Source of the DNA: an uncultured Acidobacteriota bacterium
GTDB taxonomy: Bacteria; Acidobacteriota; Thermoanaerobaculia; UBA5066; Gp7-AA6
Assembly: GCA_963764715.1 (NCBI GenBank)
Contig: CAVXTP010000021.1
Location: 96,001-160,000 of the forward strand
Reading direction: 5' to 3'
DNA: 64,000 nt
A model generated the notes under the pieces. That model was given only the letters and a program-made list of their open reading frames with translations, had not been told where the DNA came from and searched no databases. This document shows positions 18,044 to 26,853 of the stretch, in pieces. The stretch's first letter is position 1. Each line of letters starts with the position of its first letter. The translations under genes and the position numbers were made by a program.

Positions 18044-19078
18044 TCAAGAACGCCGGGAGGTGGCCGTCTTCTTCCGCTTTCCGGCGTCGCCCGCGGCGGA
18101 ATAGGTCTTCGCCATGGCCTCGCTCTCGGCCTTGAGGTCCTCGACGAGCTCGGGCGGGGCGAGGGCCTCGGCGTCCCGGCCGTACGCGAGGATGAAGCGC
18201 CGGGCCTCGCGCAGGGACTCGGCCGGCAGCTCCAGGATCGCCTCGCCGTTCGCACCGGTCTCGAGCTTCTGCTTCGCGTGCCAGACCATCTCGCGCACCT
18301 CGTCCGAGACCTCGGGCGAAAACCGGACGCGGAAGCGGAAGGCCGAGCCCTTGCCCACGAAGAGGCCGAACGTGTTGCGGAAGAACTCGTCCGCGTCGAA
18401 GTCGCGCGGAATCGCGTAGCGCTCGGTCGTGACGCGCGCGTCCTCGATCCGCGAGAGGTAGAAGTTCTTGATCTGCTCCTGGTCCTCGGCGAGGACCATC
18501 CAGTCGCGTCCCGCGAGGACCAGCGCGTAGGGCCGGATCGTGCGCGGGTCGCCCGCCCCCTCGCCCGGGTGGCGGTAGCGCATCGAGAGCGCGACGCCCT
18601 TCTGCAGTGATTCCGACACGGCCTGCCAGGTCGCCTCGGGCACCGGCCGGAACGCGGCCGAGCGCAGCGTCAACTTCTCGCGGACGATCTCGGGGCGCAT
18701 GCGCACGGACGGCGGCATCAGTTTCGCGAGCCGCGTGTAGCACGAGGAGAGACTGCGGGCGAGCGGCGTGCCGCCGAGAAGCTGGAGCACCTGCGCGGCG
18801 ACGCCCATCGCGAAGAGGTCCTGGCCGTCGACCGGGAGAAACGGCAGGACGTAGTCGTCGCGGCGGTAGGCGTAGCCGTTCTCCTCGCGCCGGAATTCGA
18901 TCGGCGCGTCGAGCTCGTCGCGCAGGTAGTCGAGGTCGCGCTGAACCGTTTTCGACGAAACCGAGAGCTCCGCCGCGAGCGAGCTCGTGTTCGGAAAGCG
19001 GCCTTCCTTGATCTGGTGATGGATGAGCTGGAGCCGGCGCCAGAGCGGCCGATCCTTGAAAGCGCCTTCGCGACCCAC
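18044..19078 (-). CDS. HTH-WYL-WCX transcriptional regulator
   Basis: LAAELSVSSKTVQRDLDYLR HTH; PYALVLAGRDWMVL...FYLSRI WYL; WCX-like ILAYGRDAEALAPPEL. Confidence 0.92.
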   Translation of the reverse strand: MGREGAFKDRPLWRRLQLIHHQIKEGRFPNTSSLAAELSVSSKTVQRDLDYLRDELDAPIEFRREENGYAYRRDDYVLPFLPVDGQDLFAMGVAAQVLQLLGGTPLARSLSSCYTRLAKLMPPSVRMRPEIVREKLTLRSAAFRPVPEATWQAVSESLQKGVALSMRYRHPGEGAGDPRTIRPYALVLAGRDWMVLAEDQEQIKNFYLSRIEDARVTTERYAIPRDFDADEFFRNTFGLFVGKGSAFRFRVRFSPEVSDEVREMVWHAKQKLETGANGEAILELPAESLREARRFILAYGRDAEALAPPELVEDLKAESEAMAKTYSAAGDAGKRKKTATSRRS

Positions 19079-19129
19079 GCCCGGATTCTCTCCCGGTCCG
19101 TGGCAGAAATTGTCCGGCTTGTGCTCCCG

Positions 19130-19147
19130 GACACCGCCACGGGTGTC
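19130..19147. promoter_or_regulatory. Palindromic operator candidate GACAC-N8-GTGTC (WYL-type)
   Basis: Inverted repeat about 50 nt upstream of the WYL gene start. Confidence 0.5.
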
Positions 19148-19211
19148 ATGGCGTGGCGTTCGCGAGCCGGCAAGGCTAATCGATCCAGAAGTTTACGCCA
19201 CGCTTTCCCCG

Positions 19212-19227
19212 TGGCTCGGTGCTTGCA
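19212..19227 (+). promoter_or_regulatory. Sigma54 promoter
   Basis: TGGCTCGGTGCTTGCA with exact GG-N10-GC spacing. Confidence 0.65.
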
Positions 19228-19243
19228 CTCTCGTCGGGGCATC

Positions 19244-19435
19244 ATGCAGATCCCATACGACCTCGAGTTCGTGGAGAACCGGCCCCGTGTGGAGCCCCGG
19301 GCGCAGGTGGCCGTCCTGCCGGACGCCTACGGAAACTGGCCCGCCGATCGGACCCGGTCCGAGGAGGACGCCTTCGACGTTCTGCTCCGTTGGGTCCACC
19401 GGGTGATCACGCGGATGGAAGGCGAGTCCCGGTAG
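19244..19435 (+). CDS. Small hypothetical protein (63 aa)
   Basis: MQIPYDLEFVEN...FDVLLRWVHRVITRMEGESR; GC3-rich codons, natural composition, follows sigma54 box. Confidence 0.65.
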   Translation: MQIPYDLEFVENRPRVEPRAQVAVLPDAYGNWPADRTRSEEDAFDVLLRWVHRVITRMEGESR

Positions 19436-19462
19436 ACGTCGGCGGCGACGCGGACTCGCGTC

Positions 19463-19487
19463 GGGCGGCCGCGAGGGCCGCCCCTAC
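19463..19487 (-). repeat. GTAG-type REP element
   Basis: Minus strand GTAGGGGCGGCCCTCGCGGCCGCCC; its TAG is the stop of the TPR gene. Confidence 0.75.
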
Positions 19488-20434
19488 TTTAGGAGAGGCA
19501 GAATCTCCTTCGCCGTCCCGGCTTCCTTGCCGCTCGGTTCGAGCTCCAGGTACTTCTCGAGGTGCTCCTTGGCGGGAGCCTTCTTGTTCTGGTTGAAGCA
19601 GGCCATGCCCAGCCAGAAGTGCGCGTTGGCGAAGTCGGGCTTGGCGTCGACGGCCTTCGCCAGGAGCCCCTCGGCGTCCTTCATCTTGCCCTTGTTGTAC
19701 GCCTCGACGCCCTTGTTGTAGAGGATCTCGGGCGAGTCGGGATTCGCCTCCGCCCAGCGCGCCTGAAACTCGGCGGCGGACTTCTTGTCGCCCGACTTCG
19801 TCGCGGCGTCCGCCATCATCTGGTAGAGGTTGGTGAGCGAGGGGTCGAGGTCCGTGGCCTTCTGTCCGTACTCGATCGCCTTGGCCCAGTCCTTCTTCTC
19901 GTAGGCGATCTGCGCGAGCGCCTGCCAGCCGGCCGGCAGATCCGGGTTCTGCTTGACGGCGTCCTGGAACTTCGTCTCGGCGGCCCCCTTGTCGCCCGCC
20001 TGCATCGCCTCGACCCCCGCGTTGAAGGCCATGACGGCCTTGTCGTTCGACGACATCTGCGGCGCGGCCTGCGCCACCGCCCTGGCCTGCGCCTCGGTCT
20101 TGCTCATCAGCTTCGCGTTGATCGAGGCGATCTCTCCGATCGGGATCTTCTTGTCGAGGTCGAACGTGATGTAGCCGTCCTTCGAGAACTTGAAGTGGTA
20201 GGGCATGGTGCAGTCCTGGAGGATCGTCGCGTAGTTGCCCTTCGGGTCGGTCTTGACGTCGAGATTGAAGCTCGTGAGCTGGGGCGTGGTGATGTTGATC
20301 GTGACGTCCGCGACGCCCGCGCCCGTCGAATCCGTCACCATGCCGGTCGCGCGGCACTGCGCTCCCGCGTAGAGGTGTCCGGCCGACAGAAGCGCCCCGA
20401 GTCCGGCCGTCAACCGCATCAGCGTGGTCTTCAT
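19484..20434 (-). CDS. Secreted carboxypeptidase-regulatory-like domain + TPR repeat protein
   Basis: Signal peptide; GMVTDSTGAGVADVTI...KTDPKGNY; multiple TPRs. Confidence 0.85.
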   Translation of the reverse strand: MKTTLMRLTAGLGALLSAGHLYAGAQCRATGMVTDSTGAGVADVTINITTPQLTSFNLDVKTDPKGNYATILQDCTMPYHFKFSKDGYITFDLDKKIPIGEIASINAKLMSKTEAQARAVAQAAPQMSSNDKAVMAFNAGVEAMQAGDKGAAETKFQDAVKQNPDLPAGWQALAQIAYEKKDWAKAIEYGQKATDLDPSLTNLYQMMADAATKSGDKKSAAEFQARWAEANPDSPEILYNKGVEAYNKGKMKDAEGLLAKAVDAKPDFANAHFWLGMACFNQNKKAPAKEHLEKYLELEPSGKEAGTAKEILPLLK

Positions 20435-20546
20435 GATTCTCCTTATGAGCGGGGCACCGAGCGGAGCCCGCCACCGGTCCGGATTCTATTGAAGTCCGGT
20501 CCGCACGGGAAAACGGGCCGGGCGGCCCCCGGATTCCGGGCGGGGC

Positions 20547-22421
20547 TCAGGCGGGCGCGCGGGGCTCCCGGACCGGGCGCGGGATCGCCTCGAGGATCTC
20601 CCCGGCCGTCTTGTACTTGCCCATCGGCATGACGTGGATGCCGCGGGCGAGGCGGGCGATGCCGGCCGCGAGGTCCCGGGCGATCGCGAGCCCTTCGGCC
20701 CGCTCGTGCTCCGGGCCGCGCTCGGCCGCCTTGCGCATGCGGTCCTGGATCCCGGCCGGCACGACGATGCCCGGGACCTCGTTGGCGAAGAAGAGCGTCT
20801 GCTTCAAGGAGAGCAGAGGGATCAGGCCGACGAGGACCGGGATCGCCCGGGCCTCCGGGCGCTCGAGGAACCGCTCGAGGGCGTCGAGGTCGTAGACCGG
20901 CTGGGTCTGCGCGAAGGTCGCGCCGGCCTCGATCTTCGCCCGCAGCTTCGAGAACTCGACCTCCAGGTCGGTGGCCGCGGGATTGGCGGCGCAGGCGATC
21001 GCGAACCGCGTCGGGGCGCCGATCGCGTTGCCCGCGAGGTCCGCGCCCGCGTTGAGGCCGCGGGCCATCCGCAGGAGGCCGAGCACGTCGACCTCGGAGA
21101 CCTGCTTGGCCTGCGGGTAGTCGCCGATCTTCAGCGGGTCGCCCCCGAGGCAGAGGATCGCCTTGACGCCGAGACCCGCCGCGCCGAGCAGGTCCGACTG
21201 CAGGCCCAGGACGTTGCGGTCCCGCGTCGTGATCTGGACGACGGCGTCGAGGCCGACCTCGCGCTGGATGAGGGCCGCCACCGCGATCGACGACATGCGC
21301 AGCCGCGCCATCGGGTTGTCCGTGACGTTGACGGCGTCGACGCCCTTCGACTTCAGCAGGCGCGCCCCCTCGATCGCCGCGGCGCTGTCGGCGCCCTTCG
21401 GCGGCTCGACCTCCGCCGTGACGACGAACTCGTCGGCGTCGGCGAGGCCGCGCTTCAGGCGCGAAGTCTCGATCGCCGCCTCGGCCAGGTGCTCCACCTC
21501 GGCTTCGACGATCACCGACACGGGGTGGGACGCCTGCGCGCGCTTGCGCCCGGTGACCTCGCGAGACATGGCGCGGATGTGCTCGGGCGTCGTTCCGCAG
21601 CAGCCGCCGACGATGGCCGCGCCCGCCTCGACGAAGGCGGCGGCGTACTCGCGCAGGTAGTCGGGGGAGGAGAGGTAGACGCTCCGGCCGTGGACGACGC
21701 TCGGGTATCCGGCGTTGGGCATGGCCGAGAGCGGCGTCGCGATCGTCGCGGCGAGGCGCGCGAAGAGCTCGTGGGTCTCCTGCGGGCCGAGCGTGCAGTT
21801 CATCCCGACCGCGTCGGCGCCCGCGAGCGCGAGCGTCGAGAGCGCCGGGGCCACCGCCTCGCCGAAGGCGGTGCGGCCGTCGGCGAGAAACGTCATCTCG
21901 GCGACGATCGGGATCTCCGCCGACAGGCCGCGCACCGCGCGCACGGCCTCGGCCGCCTCGAGCAGGCTTCCGAAGGTCTCGAGCAGCACGAGGTCGACGC
22001 CCGCCTCGAGCAGCACCCGCGCCTGCTCCTCGAAGATCTCGCGCACCTGCGTCAGCTGCAGCGACCCGTAGGGCTTGACGAGCGCCCCCAGCGGCCCGAT
22101 CGAGCCCGCGACGAAGACGTGCTCGCCCGCCGCGGCCTCCCGGGCGATGCGCACGCCCTCGCGGTTGACCTTCTCGAGCGAGTCGCTCCACTCGTGGGCC
22201 GTGAGCTTGACGCGGTTGGCGTCCCAGGTGTTCGTCGTCAGGATGCGGGCGCCGGCCTCGAGATAGTCGTCGTGGACCTCGCGGACGGAGACCGGGTCCG
22301 AGAGATTCAGGGGCGAACGGGCCTGGTCGGGAGAGGCCCCGCGGGAGGTGAGGAGCGTCCCGATCGCCCCGTCGGCGAGCAGGACCTCTTCGGCGATCGT
22401 CTTGCGGAAGTTCTTTTTCAT
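20547..22421 (-). CDS. yitJ: Bifunctional homocysteine S-methyltransferase / methylenetetrahydrofolate reductase
   Basis: LADGAIGT, GMNC, GGCCGTTPEHI (Zn site); MTHFR half EVEPPKG, TDNPMARLRMS, TTRDRN, AQTQP. Confidence 0.92.
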   Translation of the reverse strand: MKKNFRKTIAEEVLLADGAIGTLLTSRGASPDQARSPLNLSDPVSVREVHDDYLEAGARILTTNTWDANRVKLTAHEWSDSLEKVNREGVRIAREAAAGEHVFVAGSIGPLGALVKPYGSLQLTQVREIFEEQARVLLEAGVDLVLLETFGSLLEAAEAVRAVRGLSAEIPIVAEMTFLADGRTAFGEAVAPALSTLALAGADAVGMNCTLGPQETHELFARLAATIATPLSAMPNAGYPSVVHGRSVYLSSPDYLREYAAAFVEAGAAIVGGCCGTTPEHIRAMSREVTGRKRAQASHPVSVIVEAEVEHLAEAAIETSRLKRGLADADEFVVTAEVEPPKGADSAAAIEGARLLKSKGVDAVNVTDNPMARLRMSSIAVAALIQREVGLDAVVQITTRDRNVLGLQSDLLGAAGLGVKAILCLGGDPLKIGDYPQAKQVSEVDVLGLLRMARGLNAGADLAGNAIGAPTRFAIACAANPAATDLEVEFSKLRAKIEAGATFAQTQPVYDLDALERFLERPEARAIPVLVGLIPLLSLKQTLFFANEVPGIVVPAGIQDRMRKAAERGPEHERAEGLAIARDLAAGIARLARGIHVMPMGKYKTAGEILEAIPRPVREPRAPA

Positions 22422-22433
22422 TCTGCGCCCAAC

Positions 22434-22457
22434 AAAAAAAGCCTCTCGACGAGAGGC
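22434..22457 (-). terminator. Riboswitch expression-platform terminator
   Basis: Minus strand GCCTCTC-GTC-GAGAGGC-T7. Confidence 0.85.
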
Positions 22458-22487
22458 GCCGGCCCCTTCGGACCGGTTCGCGGCGCC

Positions 22488-22611
22488 CTCATCTTCTTCT
22501 CCTGTTTCTCCTGCGGAGAATCCGGAATTGGCACCTGTCGATCCGCGCCGCGACGCGCGGTCCGGTTGCCGTGGGGTCGTCGGGCCGGTCCCTCACCCAC
22601 TCTCGATGGAG
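22488..22611 (-). ncRNA. SAM-I (S-box) riboswitch
   Basis: Minus strand ATCGAGAG-TGGG-TGAGGGACCGGCCCGACGA-CCCCA-CGGCAACC...GGTGCCAATTCC...AAGATGAG, upstream of a methionine synthesis gene. Confidence 0.93.
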
Positions 22612-22664
22612 TCAAAGAGCCGCCGTCAGGTTAGGCCCCGCCGCCGCGGAAGTCAACGTGGTCC

Positions 22665-22713
22665 GGGGTCAGCCCTGAACTTCTGAACTTTGGGGTCAGC
22701 CCTCAGTTTCTGA
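22665..22713 (+). repeat. Direct repeat GGGGTCAGCCCT-N4-TTCTGA x2
   Basis: Units at 22665 and 22692; resemble the GGGGTCAGGTCT repeat family. Confidence 0.6.
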
Positions 22714-22810
22714 GGCGCGAGGCGGGTTTCGCCCCCGGGGGCCTGCTAGAATTCCGCGCGTCCTCATCGCCCGACCGGGCGCTCCGCCGGCTCCTCGAAA
22801 GGAGCCGCCC

Positions 22811-23212
22811 ATGTTCCCCGCACTCGTCCTGAGTCTCCTGTTTCTGGCCGCCGATCCGTCCGACGACCCCTGGGTCGAGGTCCACCTGTCGATCACGCGC
22901 GACCCCTACACCTCGAGCGACCAGGTCACGCTCTGCCGCGTCCGCGCGGTCAATCACGGAGGGCGGCGGTGGCCGGGCCGGGCCCTCGCGTTCGAGGCCC
23001 GCGCCCGCGGCGGCGGCGTGACGGTGCGCGAGCGCGGCCGCTTCGGCCTGGAGCTCGCCCCGTACGGCTCGCTCGAGACGCTGATCTCGCTGCCCGGCCG
23101 GCACGACGTCCTCGAGGTGACGCCGATCGCGCCGGGGGACTCCGACGCGCGCGAGCGGCGCCCCGGCAAGCCGTCCGCCGGCTCGAAGAAACGCAAGCGT
23201 CCGCGTTCGTGA
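22811..23212 (+). CDS. Secreted hypothetical protein with basic tail
   Basis: AAGGAG RBS, signal peptide, upstream TGCTAGAAT extended -10. Confidence 0.7.
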   Translation: MFPALVLSLLFLAADPSDDPWVEVHLSITRDPYTSSDQVTLCRVRAVNHGGRRWPGRALAFEARARGGGVTVRERGRFGLELAPYGSLETLISLPGRHDVLEVTPIAPGDSDARERRPGKPSAGSKKRKRPRS

Positions 23213-23239
23213 AAGCCGGGGGCGATACAATGCCGGCGC

Positions 23240-24523
23240 ATGAAAATCCTCGTCATCGGCGGAGGCGGGCGCGAGCACGCCCTGTGCTGGACGCTCCACC
23301 GCAGCTCGGCGGTCGAGGAGATCTTCTGCGCGCCGGGGAATCCCGGCATCGCGGAAGTGGCGGACTGCCTGCCGGTCTCGGGCTCGGACATCGTCGAGAT
23401 CGCGGAGCTCGCCGAGAAGCTCCACGTCGACCTGACGGTCGTCGGGCCCGAGCTCCCGCTCTCACTCGGCATCGCGGACGAGTTCATCAAGCGCGAGCTC
23501 CCGATCTTCGGACCCACGCGCCTGGCGGCGCAGATCGAGTCCTCCAAGGTCTTCTCGAAGGAATTCTTCTGGAGGCACAACATCCCGACGGCCCAGGCGA
23601 CGGTCTGTCAGTCGGTCGACGAAGCCAAGCGCGCGATGAAGCAGTATGGCTTCCCGGTCGTCCTGAAGGCCGACGGCCTCGCGGGCGGCAAGGGCGTCCT
23701 CATCATCGAGTCCGCCGAGGATGCTGAGCGCGCCCTGCGCCTCTTCTTCCAGGAGAGGGTCTTCGGCGCCGCGGGCGACCGCGTCATCGTGGAGGAGTTC
23801 CTGCGCGGACAGGAGTCGTCCTTCCTCGCGCTCTTCGACGGGGAGACCTGCGTCCCGCTCCCGACCGCGCGTGATTACAAGAAGGTCTACGACGGCGACC
23901 GCGGCCCCAACACGGGCGGCATGGGCGCGCACTCGCCGGCGGGGGTCCTCAACGCCGACACGGCCTCGCAGGTGCTCCGCGACATCCTCTGGCCGACCTT
24001 CCGGGGGCTCCAGGCGGAGGGCCGCGCCTTCCGCGGCGTCCTCTACGCCGGGCTCATGGTCACCGAGTCGGGCCCGAAGGTCCTCGAGTACAACGCCCGG
24101 TTCGGCGACCCCGAAACCGAGGTCATCCTGCCGCGCGTGACGTCCGACATGGCCGAAGTGATGCTCGCGGTCGCCCGCGGCGGCCTCGATCGCTTCCTGC
24201 CGCTCGAGGTCAAGAACGAAGCCTGCGTCGGCGTCGTGCTCGCGTCCGGCGGCTATCCGGGAACCTACGAGCACGGCAAGCCGATCACCGGCCTCGCCGA
24301 GGCCGCCCGGCTCCCGGGCGTCGAGATCTTCCACGCCGGGACCGCGCGCGACGGCGACCGCCTGGTCACCGCAGGCGGACGCGTGATGGTCGTGACCGCG
24401 ATGGCGCCCTCGATGACGGAGGCCGCCATGCGCGCCTACGAAGCCGCCGACCGCATCCAGTTCGAAGGCAAGCACCTGCGGCGCGACATCGCCGCCGGTG
24501 GAATCCGGCCCAGCCGGATCTGA
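23240..24523 (+). CDS. purD: Phosphoribosylamine--glycine ligase
   Basis: MKILVIGGGGREHAL, APGNPG, KADGLAGGKGV, GPNTGGMG, EYNARFGDPE. Confidence 0.97.
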   Translation: MKILVIGGGGREHALCWTLHRSSAVEEIFCAPGNPGIAEVADCLPVSGSDIVEIAELAEKLHVDLTVVGPELPLSLGIADEFIKRELPIFGPTRLAAQIESSKVFSKEFFWRHNIPTAQATVCQSVDEAKRAMKQYGFPVVLKADGLAGGKGVLIIESAEDAERALRLFFQERVFGAAGDRVIVEEFLRGQESSFLALFDGETCVPLPTARDYKKVYDGDRGPNTGGMGAHSPAGVLNADTASQVLRDILWPTFRGLQAEGRAFRGVLYAGLMVTESGPKVLEYNARFGDPETEVILPRVTSDMAEVMLAVARGGLDRFLPLEVKNEACVGVVLASGGYPGTYEHGKPITGLAEAARLPGVEIFHAGTARDGDRLVTAGGRVMVVTAMAPSMTEAAMRAYEAADRIQFEGKHLRRDIAAGGIRPSRI

Positions 24524-24564
24524 GCGACAGGCTCCCGGAGGGGAGCCCGTCCGTCAGCCGCGAA

Positions 24565-25533
24565 TCAGTTGCCGCAGCCCTCGGTGTCGGCGCACTTCAT
24601 CTCGAAGTAGGCGCCGTCCTTGGTGTCGTCGTCCAGGATGTTGACGTAGCCCTCGATCGTCGGAAAGCCCGTCGCCGGGCTCGTGACGTCGGCGAAGGCA
24701 ATCACGGACTGGACCGAGCTCGGGATGGCCGCCGCCGCCCAGACGTTGTTGGTCTGGCGGACCTCGCCCGGCTGCAGGTTGTTGACGTTGAGCACGTTGC
24801 CCACGGCCTGCCCGGTCGCCGGATCGTAGAACGAGAGCGCGACGTTGACCGCGCCGGCGCCGTTGAGGTCCGTATTGGTCACGCCGAGGTTCGTCCGCAG
24901 CGCGCCGGCCTCGGTGGGCGCCGTCAGGGTGTTGCGCAGCGTCCCGACGAGCGTCGTGTTGGCCGATTCGAAGAAGAGCGAGCCCGGGTAAGCGATGGCC
25001 AGCGTGCCCGCGGCAGCGTTGTTCGCGTCGAGGGGGCTGTAGGTGCGGGCGGTGACGGTGCCTTCCCAGCCGAAATTGGACGGAAGGTTCTGGAACGTCA
25101 CCAGAAGCGTCCCGAAGGATGCGGCGTCGGCGCCCGGCACGAGGACGCCCTGCGTCCCGAGGTACTGCACCATGTCGTCGTCATGGAAGTTGTCGAGCGC
25201 CGCCAGGCCGATGTCGATCGACTGGGTGCACTGGAAGTTGCCGCCGAACGCGTAGCAGTACTGGACCTGCGCCACGACGCCGTCCGTGTTGGTGTTGTTC
25301 GTGATGTCGATCGCCGTGCGGAAGAACGCCGTGCCCTGCACGCGCGTCACGATGTTGACCTGCGCCGAATAGGCGGCGGCGGTCGCCTTCGGGGCCGAGG
25401 CCTCGGCGCCGGCAGCCTTGCGCGTGACGACGCGGGGAGACGGTTTCGAGTTGGCCGCGTTTGCGGCCGTCAGCGGCGAAGCCGCCAGGCCGAAGGCCAC
25501 CGATGCGAGGACCCAGAGGCTCAGTCGCTTCAT
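24565..25533 (-). CDS. Secreted hypothetical beta-rich protein
   Basis: Signal peptide, RBS AGGAG, RTNLGVTN motif, paired Cys. Confidence 0.78.
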   Translation of the reverse strand: MKRLSLWVLASVAFGLAASPLTAANAANSKPSPRVVTRKAAGAEASAPKATAAAYSAQVNIVTRVQGTAFFRTAIDITNNTNTDGVVAQVQYCYAFGGNFQCTQSIDIGLAALDNFHDDDMVQYLGTQGVLVPGADAASFGTLLVTFQNLPSNFGWEGTVTARTYSPLDANNAAAGTLAIAYPGSLFFESANTTLVGTLRNTLTAPTEAGALRTNLGVTNTDLNGAGAVNVALSFYDPATGQAVGNVLNVNNLQPGEVRQTNNVWAAAAIPSSVQSVIAFADVTSPATGFPTIEGYVNILDDDTKDGAYFEMKCADTEGCGN

Positions 25534-25703
25534 GCTTTCATCTCCTGTTCCGACGTTGTCGACCCGGATGGAACATTAGCAAATACCGGTCCAACCCGCG
25601 TTCGAACGGTTTTTACGGATCCTTGAGCCGGAGCGTCCCGTTTTCGGGACTTTTCGTCCTCGGGAGGGGAGGGGGGCCGGGACGGCTGCTAGACTCCCCG
25701 CCC

Positions 25704-26171
25704 GTGCGCACCGCCGCGGCCGTCCGGATCCTCACGGGAGTCCTGTTCATCGCCCTGGGGTGGGGCAAGGTCACGGGCGATTTCGTCAAGACGGGGTTTG
25801 CGCAAAGCGCGCGGGAGATGAGCGCGAGCGCCTGGCCCTTCTGGAAGGTGTTCCTGGAGAAGTCGGTGGTGCCCCACGCCGGCGCCTTTGCCTGGGTTCT
25901 GGCGCTCGGCGAGATCGCCGTGGGCGTCGGCCTCGTCCTCGGCCTCCTGACCCGGGTCGCGGCCGCGGGCGGGATCGCGTTGATGATCTCGATTCTTCTG
26001 GGCGGGAGCCGCGCGGGAGCCGGCGCCGCCTGGAACGACTGGGTCACCGAGGGGCTGACGGCGAAGTTCACTCTGCTGCTCCTCGTCCTGATCTTCGCCG
26101 TCGACCCCGGAAAGGTCTGGGGGCTGGACGGAACGTTGAGAAAGCGTCGGACGGCGCCCAAGTCGAGGTGA
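25704..26171 (+). CDS. DoxX family membrane protein
   Basis: RILTGVLFIALGWGK, GEIAVGVGLVLGLLTRVAA, WGLDG. Confidence 0.85.
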   Translation: MRTAAAVRILTGVLFIALGWGKVTGDFVKTGFAQSAREMSASAWPFWKVFLEKSVVPHAGAFAWVLALGEIAVGVGLVLGLLTRVAAAGGIALMISILLGGSRAGAGAAWNDWVTEGLTAKFTLLLLVLIFAVDPGKVWGLDGTLRKRRTAPKSR

Positions 26172-26212
26172 CGGAGGGCTACGGCCGGAGCCTCGCGTTC
26201 GCCACGCGCGGC

Positions 26213-26237
26213 GTAGGGGCGGGGCTTGCCCCCGCCC
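26213..26237 (+). repeat. GTAG-type REP element
   Basis: GTAGGGGCGGGGCTTGCCCCCGCCC between convergent genes. Confidence 0.7.
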
Positions 26238-26259
26238 TCGTGGCCCAGGAACGCGACCT

Positions 26260-26853
26260 CTACAGCAGCGCCTTCACCGCCTTCTCGAAGTCGCCGTAGG
26301 ACTGCTTGCCGGAGAGGGCCTTCGCCTTCTTGCCGTCGCGCGAGTAGATGACGGTGAACGGGAGCTCGCCGCCCCACCTGGCGTCGACCGACTCGATGAA
26401 GACCTGGTCGTCCCCGCCGCTCGCCTTGCGGTAATTGGGAAAGTCCGGGCTCGTCTTCGCGAGAAACTTGTCGACGGCCGGGAGGTCCTTCGCGGAGTCG
26501 ATCGAGACGCCCAAAACGGCGAGTCCCCGGCCGCGATACGCGCGCTCGAGACGCGCGAGATCGGGAAACTCCTCGCGGCACGGGACGCACCAGGTCGCCC
26601 AGAAGTTCACCAGAACCACGTCGCCCTTGCGGCTGGCGACCGCGTCGGCCAGGCCCTTCGCGTCGAGCTCGCCCGCGAGCTTCGGGGCCTCGGGGGCGGC
26701 GCCGATTCGCGGGGCAAACAGGAGGGCGGCCACGAGCCAGCCACCGAAGGCAAGCCCCCGGCCGCAGACAACGCCGGAGGAACGCCGGCGGTAACCCGCC
26801 CCCACGACACCGAGGCGAGGCACGAGCGTGCCCGAACTGTTTTTCCTAGGCAC
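26260..26853 (-). CDS. TlpA-like disulfide reductase
   Basis: VNFWATWCVPCREEFP; start uncertain. Confidence 0.88.
   Translation of the reverse strand: MPRKNSSGTLVPRLGVVGAGYRRRSSGVVCGRGLAFGGWLVAALLFAPRIGAAPEAPKLAGELDAKGLADAVASRKGDVVLVNFWATWCVPCREEFPDLARLERAYRGRGLAVLGVSIDSAKDLPAVDKFLAKTSPDFPNYRKASGGDDQVFIESVDARWGGELPFTVIYSRDGKKAKALSGKQSYGDFEKAVKALL

Noticed and set aside
15927-19435. WYL + exonuclease + PLD as an anti-phage defence island
   Set aside because: The exonuclease looks like a common housekeeping DnaQ-like type, the PLD is cardiolipin-synthase-like, orientations differ and no compositional shift is evident
22418-22615. 65-aa ORF upstream of yitJ as a leader peptide
   Set aside because: It coincides with the SAM-I riboswitch and terminator, which explain the sequence
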